Origin: a virus
Lineage: Duplodnaviria > Caudoviricetes
DNA length: 35,259 nt
Virus record (IMG/VR): IMGVR_UViG_3300027909_000048
Span: 1-35,259 of that record
Strand: one strand, 5' to 3'
Numbering within the stretch: the stretch's first letter is position 1; each line of letters begins with the position of its first letter. The notes beneath the pieces were generated by a model, which saw only the letters and a program-made list of their open reading frames with translations, made no database searches and was not told the origin of the DNA. The position numbers and the translations under genes were made by a program. Shown here piece by piece: positions 17,585-27,292 of this stretch.

Positions 17585-17841
17585 TGGAACTGCGCTGTCC
17601 GGCGAAGATGCATGGGATCGTCGATTGGGAAGCTGGGACCATCGAGATCCGGTGCACTTCACGGTTCTGCGGTTCGGGTAACGGAGTCATCGTTCTACAC
17701 AAGTTCTCAATCAGCTCGGGTCGGCTGATAGAGACAAAGAGATATCGGGACCCTCTATACGGAAGGAGGAACGGGAATGCCTCTCGGAGTGGCGTATCCG
17801 TTCGGGATCAGGGACATTCGGATCACCCCGATCTCGGCTGA
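17584..17841 (+). CDS. small Zn-binding protein (Com-like pattern)
   Basis: MELRC...HG......IEIRC...FC; coupled to the upstream gene. Confidence 0.6.
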   Translation: MELRCPAKMHGIVDWEAGTIEIRCTSRFCGSGNGVIVLHKFSISSGRLIETKRYRDPLYGRRNGNASRSGVSVRDQGHSDHPDLG

Positions 17842-18325
17842 CGCTCTCGAAACGCCCGGAACGGCGCTGGATCTACCGGCGGCTCGGACGTTGAGCTTCA
17901 CCGAGGCAGAGGACTTCGAAGAGCTCCGTGGTGACGACAAGGTCATCACGTCTCGTGGTCTGGGTCCCAAGGTGGAATGGGAGTTGGAGGCCGGTGGTCT
18001 CCACCTCGACGTCTACAAGGCGATCGTGGGTGGCACGCTGACCGACACCGGCTCCACGCCGAACCAGATCAAGAAGGTCGCCAAGAAGGCGACCGACAGT
18101 CGGCCGTTCTTCAAGGCCGAGGGTCAGGCCATGAGCGACAACGGTGGCGATGTGCACGTCGTGTTGTATCGCTGCCGTGCGACCGGGGACGTGGAGGGTG
18201 AGTTCGCTGATGGTCAGTGGTATCTGACCGCATGCAGCGGGACCGCCTTCCCCAGCCAGAAGGTCGCCACGCTCGACGCTCTGTACGACCTGATCTTCAA
18301 CGAGACCATCACGGCGATCCCGTAA
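17777..18325 (+). CDS. major tail protein
   Basis: AAGGAGG RBS; YPFGIRDI.ITP, LSF.E.E...ELRGDD and RPFFKAEGQ motifs. Confidence 0.82.
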   Translation: MPLGVAYPFGIRDIRITPISADALETPGTALDLPAARTLSFTEAEDFEELRGDDKVITSRGLGPKVEWELEAGGLHLDVYKAIVGGTLTDTGSTPNQIKKVAKKATDSRPFFKAEGQAMSDNGGDVHVVLYRCRATGDVEGEFADGQWYLTACSGTAFPSQKVATLDALYDLIFNETITAIP

Positions 18326-18334
18326 GGAGGAACC

Positions 18335-18679
18335 GTGGCCGATCTCACTGTCAACAACCCCTTCAACATCGCTGGCGTGGCTGTCACGCCCGTCGCCGCA
18401 GCGGCGACCGATCGCTTTCAGGTAGGAAGCGGCCAGCGATACCAGGTCGAGATCGAGAACACGAGCGGCGCCTCACGCACCGTGACGTTCGATGATCCTG
18501 ACGCCTCCAACCCTCTCGGTTACAAGACGCTGAACCGAGACGTCGACGTTGTCCTGGCTACCAACGGTCGCAAGGTCTTCGTCGTCGAGGGAAGCCGTTT
18601 CCGTGATGCCACGGGATGGTGCAACATGGCCGTCAACACTGCGTCCGGAGTGACCTACCTCATCACCGGTCCGTTCTAG
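18335..18679 (+). CDS. small beta-rich protein, possible tail decoration
   Basis: AAGGAGG RBS; 114 aa directly after the major tail gene. Confidence 0.65.
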   Translation: MADLTVNNPFNIAGVAVTPVAAAATDRFQVGSGQRYQVEIENTSGASRTVTFDDPDASNPLGYKTLNRDVDVVLATNGRKVFVVEGSRFRDATGWCNMAVNTASGVTYLITGPF

Positions 18680-18724
18680 TCAGCAATATCAACGCAATCT
18701 GGCAACTAGGAGGTCGAGGAACCC

Positions 18725-19447
18725 ATGCCGGAATCCAGAAAGCCGACTCCCAAGAAGACGTCTGCCAAGAAGGCGGCTCCCAATCGCAGGACACGCCGGG
18801 CAGTCGAGCAAGCCGTTACGAGGGAAGCAGGAAGAGTCAAGCAGACCAGAGACGCCGCCTTGGCGGAGCGCCGTGGTGGAGCTACGTCCGCCGGCGAGTG
18901 GCGTGCAGGTGGTCGTCGTGCGGTGTTTGTGGAGCTCCCTTCTGGGAACGTCTGCAAGGCGATCAACAAGGGCATGGATGCTTTCCTGAAGGCTGGGAAG
19001 ATCCCCAACGCCTTGATGCCCATCGTCTCAGAAGCGTTGAATGCAGCCGAGGGTCGTCCGACGGCTTCTGCTGTTGGTTCTTCAGTTCTGGAGGATCCTG
19101 CGCTGCTCGAATCAACGATCGAGCTCGTCAACATGGTCACCTGCGAGTGCGTGGTGGAGCCTCACATCGTTCCCGTTCCCACCGAGATCCACGTTCATCC
19201 TCCGGACGATGATCACGACGATGAGTGGGAAGAGGAAGTCGTCATCCCAGTCGAAGAGAGGGATACCGAAGAGCTCCTGGCGTTGCTCGGTGACGGTCTC
19301 TGGGTCGATGAGACATCCTTGGATGACCGCTTCTTCATCATGAACTGGGCGGTCGGAGGTACCCGCAACGTCGAGCAGTTTCGCAAGGAATTTGCCGATG
19401 TTGTGGACGACCTATCAACAGGCGTCGAAGCTGAGCCAGAGGCCTAG
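18725..19447 (+). CDS. tail assembly chaperone (gpG-like)
   Basis: Position; ELPSG, G.IPN.L and D..FI.NWAVGGT...EQFR motifs. Confidence 0.8.
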   Translation: MPESRKPTPKKTSAKKAAPNRRTRRAVEQAVTREAGRVKQTRDAALAERRGGATSAGEWRAGGRRAVFVELPSGNVCKAINKGMDAFLKAGKIPNALMPIVSEALNAAEGRPTASAVGSSVLEDPALLESTIELVNMVTCECVVEPHIVPVPTEIHVHPPDDDHDDEWEEEVVIPVEERDTEELLALLGDGLWVDETSLDDRFFIMNWAVGGTRNVEQFRKEFADVVDDLSTGVEAEPEA

Positions 19448-19721
19448 CGAGATGCTGTTCATCGAAGATCTCTACACGGCGTTCTGTTTCGACGAGGCCT
19501 GCCTCGCCTTCGGCAGCGCTGTGGAGTCTGCGATGGACGCAGTGAAGACCAAGGGCAAGAAGCCTGCGCAGATCAAGGGCGCACGTGAGAACGTCCTGAG
19601 AAGGTACGTCGGGCTGCCTCGGCAGTTCGCTGACATCACAGCGCTTCGGGGCAGAGAAGCTTCATCGGAACGGCCGACGCCTACGGAGGATAGGCCGGAG
19701 CCGTCGTTCAAGATGGAGTGA
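19380..19721 (+). CDS. tail assembly chaperone frameshift extension (gpT-like)
   Basis: The +1 frame is open from 19344; RPSE...I.D.Y.AFCFDEAC motif; no obvious RBS of its own. Confidence 0.7.
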   Translation, partial: FARNLPMLWTTYQQASKLSQRPSEMLFIEDLYTAFCFDEACLAFGSAVESAMDAVKTKGKKPAQIKGARENVLRRYVGLPRQFADITALRGREASSERPTPTEDRPEPSFKME

Positions 19722-19725
19722 ACCC

Positions 19726-20700
19726 ATGATCCAAGTTGACTACGTAGGCAAGGCGGACGCTCGTATCGTGAGGTCAGCCGACATGGCGGCGGCTGGCTTT
19801 ACGAGCGGCGATCTCGTGTGGAACAAGGCCAACAACTTCGAGATCCTAGTCAACGACGATCTTCTCGCTGCGTGGCTGTTGATGCAGGATGCTGGTCTGG
19901 TCGCACAGAACCCCACGCAGACCGCCATCGACATCATCGGCAAGCACCTGGGCATCAAGCCGCTCATCTTCTGGATGCATGATGTGGCTCAGAGGATTCC
20001 TAGCGGCAAGTGGGTTCCTGTCGCCTTCAACAACCGCATCACAACTCAGGGCACGGGGTTCGATGACGGGATCCCAACCGGATCTCCTGTTCCTCAGACC
20101 ACGATCGCTGCCGGGTCCAACGGGCTGAACCTCCCCCAGACATCTCTCTTCGTGGCCAACAACGCAGTCCTGAAGGACGCCACGGCGACTCACCCCGAGT
20201 TCGTGGTCGTGCGAAATGCTGGTGTTGACACCATCGTTCAGTACACCGGCAAGGGGTCTGGCACTATCACGGGAACCACTGGATGGGGCGACACGACAAC
20301 TCCGATGGTGACCGGTGATCTCGTTCGTCAGGCAAACGTTGCCTTCTTCACTCCTGGGGATGATGCTCCGGGCACAAACGAAGGCGTTGCAAACGCTGTG
20401 TTCGACGTCGGATGGTCCAGTAACTCATCTGGCGGCCGTTGGATCAACATGGCTGCCATGGATGGGCTTGGGCCTGGCACGCTTCTCTACGGTGGCGGTG
20501 GATACTGCGCACCCGTGTTGACGCCTGGCGCTCCGACGACTACTCCTTGGGTTCGTACTTTCGGTTCGGAACAGCCCGGAACAAACCTTCGCAATCAGAT
20601 TCATGTCTTCCAGAACAGCGGCGCTCTTCTCGAGCTTCCTGTTTGGCAGGTGGCATGCCCTCGTCTCGTCGTCGGCGTCTTCACCGATCTCAAGGTGTGA
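19726..20700 (+). CDS. Gly/Thr-rich putative virion protein inserted before the tape measure
   Basis: 324 aa, GGAG RBS, beta-rich composition. Confidence 0.7.
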   Translation: MIQVDYVGKADARIVRSADMAAAGFTSGDLVWNKANNFEILVNDDLLAAWLLMQDAGLVAQNPTQTAIDIIGKHLGIKPLIFWMHDVAQRIPSGKWVPVAFNNRITTQGTGFDDGIPTGSPVPQTTIAAGSNGLNLPQTSLFVANNAVLKDATATHPEFVVVRNAGVDTIVQYTGKGSGTITGTTGWGDTTTPMVTGDLVRQANVAFFTPGDDAPGTNEGVANAVFDVGWSSNSSGGRWINMAAMDGLGPGTLLYGGGGYCAPVLTPGAPTTTPWVRTFGSEQPGTNLRNQIHVFQNSGALLELPVWQVACPRLVVGVFTDLKV

Positions 20701-20708
20701 TGTGAACC

Positions 20709-23573
20709 ATGCCCGACTATGATCTTGGAACAGCAAGGGGCAAGATCGTTGTCGACGGCGACGAGGCTGTAACCGGCTTCGGCAAGGCCGAGACGGCATC
20801 GACCAACTTCACAAAGGCAGCCAAGATCAGCGGTGCCATCATCGCTGCTTCAGGCGTAGCTATCGCAGCCGGTCTCGGCCTAGCGATCAACAGCGCTGCC
20901 AACTTCGAAGAGCGCATGTCCGGCATTGCTGCGGTAAGCGGTGCGACAGGCAAAGAGCTCGACAAGCTACGTGACAAGGCGCTTCAGCTAGGTGCCGACA
21001 CGAAGTTCAGCGCCACGGAGGCTGCGGGCGCTATCGAGGAGTTGGTCAAGGCTGGCATCCCAGTAGCAGACGTCTTGAACGGCGCAGCGGATGCAGCCGT
21101 CAACTTGGCCGCTGCTGGTGAAGTAGATCTTGCGACTGCTGCAACCATCGCAGCCAACGCCCTCAACGCTTTCAATCTCAGCGGCCAGGACATGGAGCAC
21201 GTTGCCGACCTGATCGCAGGTGCGGCTAACGCTTCGGCCATTGACGTCAACGAGTTCGGTCAATCCCTCCAGCAAGCTGGCGCTACAGCGAATCTGGTCG
21301 GTCTCAGCTTCGACGATCTTGCTGTCGCAATCGCAGCGATGGGCAACGCTGGCATCAAGGGGAGCGACGCTGGCACTTCGCTGAAGACCTTCCTGGCGAA
21401 CCTCCAGCCGGTTACTGAGAAGCAGATCGCTCTGTTCAAGGACCTCGGTCTTCTGACAGACGACATGGGCAATGCGTTCTTCGATGCGCAGGGCAAGATC
21501 AAGCCCATGCGGGACATCGCCCAGACTCTCGCCGATGCGCTTGCTGGGCAAACCGATCAGCAGAAGGCTCTCACGCTTGAAACGCTGTTCGGCAGTGACG
21601 CCATCCGTGCTGCTGCCGTCATCGCTAACGAGGGCGCTGCTGGATTTGATGAGCTCGCTGCATCCATGGGCAAGGTCTCTGCGGAGGACGTGGCGGAGAC
21701 CAGGATGGACAACCTGCGAGGGTCCATCGAGCAGTTGAAGGGTTCGCTTGAGACCTTGGCGATCCGCTTCGGCACCCCTCTCCTCGCAGCCATCCGTGGC
21801 GTGGTCGACTTCATCACGAAGCTGGCTAACAAGTTCGCAGAGCTCGATCCAAACCTTCAGAAGGTCATTGGCATCATCGCCGCTGTCGTTGCTGCCCTGT
21901 TGATCTTCGGGGGAACCATCCTGCTACTTGTGGGATGGCTGGGGACTGTCGCTGCCGCAGTGGGTCTCGGCATAGGTGCGCTGCTGACCATCATCGCCGT
22001 GACAGGCGGTGTCGTTATCGCCATCGTGGCGTTGATCGCTGCGATTGTGCTTCTGTGGCGAGAGAACGAGACGTTCCGCAACGTCGTCATGGGAGTGTGG
22101 AACTGGCTGAAGGAGAACATTCCCAAGGCCATCGATGCCATCGTTTCTACAGTCCAGACATTGATTGGTGTCTTCCAGGATGTAGTTGACAAGGTTGCCC
22201 CGATCATCGGCACGCTTGTTGATGAAATCATGGAGCGTTGGGGATCTCTGAGGGGTTGGCTGGAGTCTAACGTCTTCCCTGTCTTCGGAGCTTTCGCCGA
22301 TCTCGTGACGGGAACGGTTGACACTGTTACGGCTGTTTGGAAGAAGATCTGGCCGATATTCGAGTTCGTCGGAAAGATCATCCTCGGTGTCATCACATTC
22401 TTGTTGGGACTGTTCGACGACTTCGTCCAGTCAGCGCTGACTATCTGGAACGCCTTCGGCGACAACATCCTCTCTGCCGCAACGCTTGTGTGGAACTTGA
22501 TCCGTGGCATGATCGAGGGCGTGCTGCAGATCATCCGAGGCATCATCCAGATCTTCACGGGTCTCATCACCCTAGATTGGAACACCTTCTGGACCGGCTT
22601 GACAAACGTGGTCGGTGGGGTGTGGACCCAGATACAGACCATCGTTCAGGCTGGCATCGACTTCGTCAAGTTGGTCATAGAGACAGCCATCGAAGCCATC
22701 GTGACAACGTGGCAGATCGCCTGGGATCTTTGCTCGACGATCCTGGACTCAGCGTGGCAACTGATCAGCAACATCATTGAGAACGTGATCGGCTTCATCG
22801 TTGGGCTGATCCAGGGCTTCTTCGATTGGTTGATCTTCGGCTCCATCTGGACCGAGGCTTGGAACGCTTGCGTCAGTGTTCTCTCTGGGGCGTGGGAGGC
22901 CATCAAGAACGCCATCAGTTCCGCCATTTCCACGATCGGCGGATGGATCGCAGCGTTGCCGGGGAATATCCTTAGCTGGCTGGGCGATCTTGGGAGCCTG
23001 CTCTACCAGAAGGGTCTTGACCTGATCCAGGGCTTCCTCAACGGTCTCATCGCCAAGGCATTCGAGCTAGCAGGCTGGTTCGCCGGGTTGCCTGGCAAGA
23101 TCATCGGATGGATCGGAGACCTGGCGAGCACGCTGTACAGCATCGGTAAGGATCTTATCCAAGGTCTCATCAACGGCATCAAGGACAAGATCGGTTCTGT
23201 CAAGGATACGTTGACCGGCTTGGCTGGCAGCATCGTCAGTTGGAAGGGTCCGCCTCGTAAGGACAAGGTCCTGCTTGAGCCGATCGGTGTTCTGTTGATG
23301 GAGGGTCTCATCAAGGGTCTGGCTTCTCAGATGGATCCTCTTCAGCGCCTGCTGTCCAGCGTTGGTCCGGATATCTCGGATCGACTCGGTGGTATGGCTG
23401 CGCTCAACGCCGGTCCCGTCACAGGCACTACGACGACGAACACAACGATGCAGTTCATCTTCCCGAACGTGAAGAGTGCCCAAGATGCTGAGGAAATCGA
23501 GAGGGCTCTCAGTCAGAGCGAAGTTCTTAGTCGACTGCTTCACGCCACGAGGGCAGGAGTTGGAAACCGATGA
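20709..23573 (+). CDS. tape measure protein (TP901-family core)
   Basis: LRDKALQLGADTKFSATEAA, GIKGSDAGTSLK and DNL.G..EQL.GS motifs, TM segments and W/F-spaced repeats. Confidence 0.95.
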   Translation: MPDYDLGTARGKIVVDGDEAVTGFGKAETASTNFTKAAKISGAIIAASGVAIAAGLGLAINSAANFEERMSGIAAVSGATGKELDKLRDKALQLGADTKFSATEAAGAIEELVKAGIPVADVLNGAADAAVNLAAAGEVDLATAATIAANALNAFNLSGQDMEHVADLIAGAANASAIDVNEFGQSLQQAGATANLVGLSFDDLAVAIAAMGNAGIKGSDAGTSLKTFLANLQPVTEKQIALFKDLGLLTDDMGNAFFDAQGKIKPMRDIAQTLADALAGQTDQQKALTLETLFGSDAIRAAAVIANEGAAGFDELAASMGKVSAEDVAETRMDNLRGSIEQLKGSLETLAIRFGTPLLAAIRGVVDFITKLANKFAELDPNLQKVIGIIAAVVAALLIFGGTILLLVGWLGTVAAAVGLGIGALLTIIAVTGGVVIAIVALIAAIVLLWRENETFRNVVMGVWNWLKENIPKAIDAIVSTVQTLIGVFQDVVDKVAPIIGTLVDEIMERWGSLRGWLESNVFPVFGAFADLVTGTVDTVTAVWKKIWPIFEFVGKIILGVITFLLGLFDDFVQSALTIWNAFGDNILSAATLVWNLIRGMIEGVLQIIRGIIQIFTGLITLDWNTFWTGLTNVVGGVWTQIQTIVQAGIDFVKLVIETAIEAIVTTWQIAWDLCSTILDSAWQLISNIIENVIGFIVGLIQGFFDWLIFGSIWTEAWNACVSVLSGAWEAIKNAISSAISTIGGWIAALPGNILSWLGDLGSLLYQKGLDLIQGFLNGLIAKAFELAGWFAGLPGKIIGWIGDLASTLYSIGKDLIQGLINGIKDKIGSVKDTLTGLAGSIVSWKGPPRKDKVLLEPIGVLLMEGLIKGLASQMDPLQRLLSSVGPDISDRLGGMAALNAGPVTGTTTTNTTMQFIFPNVKSAQDAEEIERALSQSEVLSRLLHATRAGVGNR

Positions 23574-26500
23574 CTGATCAGTTGGTAGACCTCGTGCCGG
23601 ACAGCACGCTGCTGTCAACTGGCTTTAACATCGAAGCTGGCAACGGTGCGAGCGTGCCTGGCACTCATCACGCTGCTCTTGCTGATGAGATTCCTCCGAC
23701 CACGTACATCGATGGAAGCACTCCATGGACTCGCATCTTCGACGTGGCCTCAGTGGTTCCCGGGGATTATCGCTGCACCATGAACTCATACACGCTGGCT
23801 GCGAATGAGCGCTGCCGTCGTGTGCGGGTGCACTGCATCGCAAACGGTAGAGCGGCTCAGTACATGTTCGGTCTCGGTAACGGCGCAGTGACTGATGAAC
23901 GGTTGGGGCGCATCGAGCTCTATCCACTGCCTGACGGTGCCGACTTGAATCAGTGGATCGTTGGACCGTGGGCTAACTTCGCTCAGGACGGATCGGGCAA
24001 CCCCACGCTTGAGTGGACACAGACGAACATCAACGATCTTCGTGCTCGGATCACTCCTGTAGCTGCGCACTTCCTCGGGACGGGTTACTTCTACAAGTTG
24101 CGTGTGCAGCTTGACATCTTGAGCAAGCCCGTTCCTCACTTCATCGAGCCGGTGGCGGAGCAGGTCTTCCCAACTCGTGATCCAACCCTTCGCTGGACTG
24201 TTGATTCAAGCGCTCCCCAGAAGAAGTTCCAGTTGAAGATCTTCCCGGCTGCGATCGTCGAAGACGCTGGTTTCAACATCCTGACGTCCACTGCTGCGAT
24301 CTACGTTGCGGCTGGCAACACTTCAGGACAGTCCCATCGGGTCACCAAGATGTCGAGCATCTCTCTACCGACCGGCGGAGGCATGGGGTCGATCACTCAA
24401 GACTTCACGCTCGAGCATGGCAAGAGGTACTACGCCTTCATCCGCACGGCGATCGACTTCAACGGTCAAGACTGGTGGAGCGATTGGCCTGTCGGTACGC
24501 CGTTCAAGATCAACTCGAAGCCCATGGTGACGGTCATGGGTCCTTTGTCCCCCGTTGTCGACACTGCGAAGCCGACCATCACTTGGGACTACGAGGATGA
24601 AGAGGGCGACATCCAGAGCGCCGTTCGTATCATCGTGATCCAGAAGACCACCGTCACATGGCCCGGTGATCTGGATCCCGAAGAAGAGGCCATGAACGGC
24701 AATGCCGTCTACGACAGCGGCGTGATGTCCACGGAAGCACTGGACTTTGATCTACCTGTTGCCCTTGAGAACGGTAAGTCGTTCCGTGCTTACGTCCAAG
24801 TTCGTCAGCGTGTGCCTAGTGTTCTCGACTCGGACTGGTCTTACATCACGTTTGACACAACGTTCGCTGCACCGTTGACGCCGTCTCTCACTGCGCAAGC
24901 TGTAGACACGTCTGTTGAGCTCCGAGTGATTCCGGCCCTTAGCAATCTGCTGGCGGCAGACTCCTCATCTTTCGAGACTGCGACAGGAGACTGGATAGCT
25001 GGCACGTCTACGGCGATCAGCCGAGTGACGTCTCAGTTCTTGCACGGAGCCGCCAGCTTGCAAGTGCAGAGGACAGGTACAACAGGCACGGCACAGGCGT
25101 TCAGCGACCAGCTAGCCGACGTCTGCGTGCCAGTGGTGCCAGGTCAGGTGGTCAGTGCGTTCGTATGGGTGAAGGCCGGTACCACGGGTCGAACCACCAT
25201 CCTTGCCTTGGAGTTGATCAACGGATCCAACACAGTAGTTTCCACGCAGAACGGTTCTCCGGTGACGGATACCACTACTGGATGGACCAAGGCGTTTGTG
25301 ACCGCTGTTGTCCCGGCTTCTCCCGCAGGCATCGTGAAGGCGAGGCTGAAGCTGGAATTCTCTTCTGCTCTGGCTGGCGAGAACCACTTCGTTGATCAGG
25401 CGATGGTCTACTCGGGTAGCGACAGCCAAGAGATTCCGTTTGATCTTGGCGGCGGCACCACGATGGCAACGATCTCTCCGGACACTGGAGCTCGGACGGT
25501 CGTTCGCAACTGGCTGACTCGTCATCAGTCTGGTCTCGAGGATGCTGCGGCAGGAGTGACAGGATGGGTGAACCAAGCTGGTACCACTATCACTCGCTCG
25601 ACGACGCAGGCCCGTGAAGGCTTAGCTTCTCTTCGCCTGGAAAGAGCGTCTTCTACTGGAGATGCCGTTGCCTTTACGACTGCCTTCCCCAACGCCATCC
25701 CGGTCACAGGTGGCGAGGAGATCACAGTTGCTGCTCGTTTCCGAGCCGGTACGACCGGTCGGTCATGCTCTGTGAACATCTTGTTCTTCGATTCGGGCGG
25801 CGGTCTCTTGCCTGCTGTTCTTCTCGAGAACATTACGGCCACAGACAGCAACGCCAACTTCGACACGATTGCCAAGGCTCGTACGAACGTTCCTATGAAC
25901 GCAACGATGGTGTCTATGGTCGTGCAGGCTTCCGCTGTGCCTGTAGGTGAGTTCCACTACGTCGATGAGATGATCGTCTTCAAGGGCGACACAGACGTTT
26001 GGAGCGTGGGGGATGCCAAGTCGCTTGCGTTTACAGACTGCCAGTTGATCATCGGTGAAGCGTTGCTGGACTGGCTCCCCGAAGAAGAGGCGATTCTCTG
26101 GGATATCTGGGACTACGTGACGAACAAGCAGTGCGTCGCCAGGCTCATCCTTCAGACGGATGGCAAGCTGCGTTGGGAGTGGTCAACCAATGGAACTGAG
26201 GGGTTGAAGAAGACTGCTATCAGCACGGCTGCGATTCCTGCTTGGGCCGGTTCGTCACTGAACTTCATCAAGGTGCAGTTCGATAACGACAACGGTGCAG
26301 CCGGTCAGAACGTCAAGTTCTTCCAGGGAGCCACGGAGACCACGGCAACGACAGCCATTGGTGCGACTGTCACGGTCGCAACTGTCGAAGCTCCTTATCA
26401 GGGTTGGTCTATCGAGCACATCAGCGGGCAAGGGTTCTCTGCCGGGGGATGGCAGGGATACGCCTACTTCGTTGAGCTCCGTGATGATCAGACAGGCGCT

Positions 26501-27292
26501 GGCAACGTTCTGTCCAAGACGTACTTCCAGTTCCCCAATGTGACGACGTGGAGAGACCAGGGCCAGTTCGGTGGTCGTCTCTGGGAGTTGGCCGGACCGT
26601 CAGACGAGATGACTGCCGAGATGGAGGTTCGTGAGGAACCGAACCCTGACTATCTTGAGATCATGCGGTCTCGTGACGGCGGAACGACCTGGGAGTACTT
26701 CCGCTACGACGAAGGTTTGCTCAGTGATCGTGTTCCGAAGGCGATGATTCCTTTCACGATCATGGACCACGAAGTGCATCTCAACAAGTCGATTCTCTAC
26801 CGTGTAGCCAGTGGATACACGGGTCTCGGCTTCGACGCACAGAGCCAGTGGAGTGCTAACGCCAGCGTGACGGTCGTAGGGAAGAAGGTCACGCTGAAGT
26901 GCACGATGGATCCGACGCTGAGCCGGTCCTTCCCTGTCGCTGATGACTGGCTTCAGATCAACCGCAAGAAGGAGCGGAGGTTCTATCAGCCCATCGGGCG
27001 TCGCAATCCGATCATCATCAAGGGGTTCGGTGGCTCGGACTCCTTCAGCATCTTGTTCACGTTGAGAACGCAAGCAGAATTCGACGCCATGCAAGCGCTT
27101 CTTGACATGCATCACACGATGATCTTCGTGCAGACTCCGAAGGGCTCGTGGTGGACAGAGGTCGCCACGGACGTTCAGTTCAGGGCGCACTTGTGGGATG
27201 CTCTGCACGGAGAAGATGACGTGTACCAGCTAGCGATTCCCTTCCAAGAGGTCGATCGTTTGGATGCGAACAATGTGGCCAGTCACACTTAG
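23570..27292 (+). CDS. large minor tail protein (FN3/Ig-like + two CBM-like domains + C-terminal Dit-like domain)
   Basis: 1240 aa after the TMP; PT..W...D...Q..Y/F repeats, a duplicated jelly-roll module and C-terminal PIGRRNPI. Confidence 0.8.
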   Translation: MTDQLVDLVPDSTLLSTGFNIEAGNGASVPGTHHAALADEIPPTTYIDGSTPWTRIFDVASVVPGDYRCTMNSYTLAANERCRRVRVHCIANGRAAQYMFGLGNGAVTDERLGRIELYPLPDGADLNQWIVGPWANFAQDGSGNPTLEWTQTNINDLRARITPVAAHFLGTGYFYKLRVQLDILSKPVPHFIEPVAEQVFPTRDPTLRWTVDSSAPQKKFQLKIFPAAIVEDAGFNILTSTAAIYVAAGNTSGQSHRVTKMSSISLPTGGGMGSITQDFTLEHGKRYYAFIRTAIDFNGQDWWSDWPVGTPFKINSKPMVTVMGPLSPVVDTAKPTITWDYEDEEGDIQSAVRIIVIQKTTVTWPGDLDPEEEAMNGNAVYDSGVMSTEALDFDLPVALENGKSFRAYVQVRQRVPSVLDSDWSYITFDTTFAAPLTPSLTAQAVDTSVELRVIPALSNLLAADSSSFETATGDWIAGTSTAISRVTSQFLHGAASLQVQRTGTTGTAQAFSDQLADVCVPVVPGQVVSAFVWVKAGTTGRTTILALELINGSNTVVSTQNGSPVTDTTTGWTKAFVTAVVPASPAGIVKARLKLEFSSALAGENHFVDQAMVYSGSDSQEIPFDLGGGTTMATISPDTGARTVVRNWLTRHQSGLEDAAAGVTGWVNQAGTTITRSTTQAREGLASLRLERASSTGDAVAFTTAFPNAIPVTGGEEITVAARFRAGTTGRSCSVNILFFDSGGGLLPAVLLENITATDSNANFDTIAKARTNVPMNATMVSMVVQASAVPVGEFHYVDEMIVFKGDTDVWSVGDAKSLAFTDCQLIIGEALLDWLPEEEAILWDIWDYVTNKQCVARLILQTDGKLRWEWSTNGTEGLKKTAISTAAIPAWAGSSLNFIKVQFDNDNGAAGQNVKFFQGATETTATTAIGATVTVATVEAPYQGWSIEHISGQGFSAGGWQGYAYFVELRDDQTGAGNVLSKTYFQFPNVTTWRDQGQFGGRLWELAGPSDEMTAEMEVREEPNPDYLEIMRSRDGGTTWEYFRYDEGLLSDRVPKAMIPFTIMDHEVHLNKSILYRVASGYTGLGFDAQSQWSANASVTVVGKKVTLKCTMDPTLSRSFPVADDWLQINRKKERRFYQPIGRRNPIIIKGFGGSDSFSILFTLRTQAEFDAMQALLDMHHTMIFVQTPKGSWWTEVATDVQFRAHLWDALHGEDDVYQLAIPFQEVDRLDANNVASHT

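Noticed and set aside
18320-18337. Possible readthrough/frameshift fusing the major tail protein to the next in-frame ORF
   Set aside because: The frames match, but the downstream gene has its own strong AAGGAGG RBS, the stop is TAA, and the +1 frame closes quickly.
22000-23250. Periodic Trp/Phe repeats in the tape measure
   Set aside because: This is an ordinary tape-measure repeat pattern.
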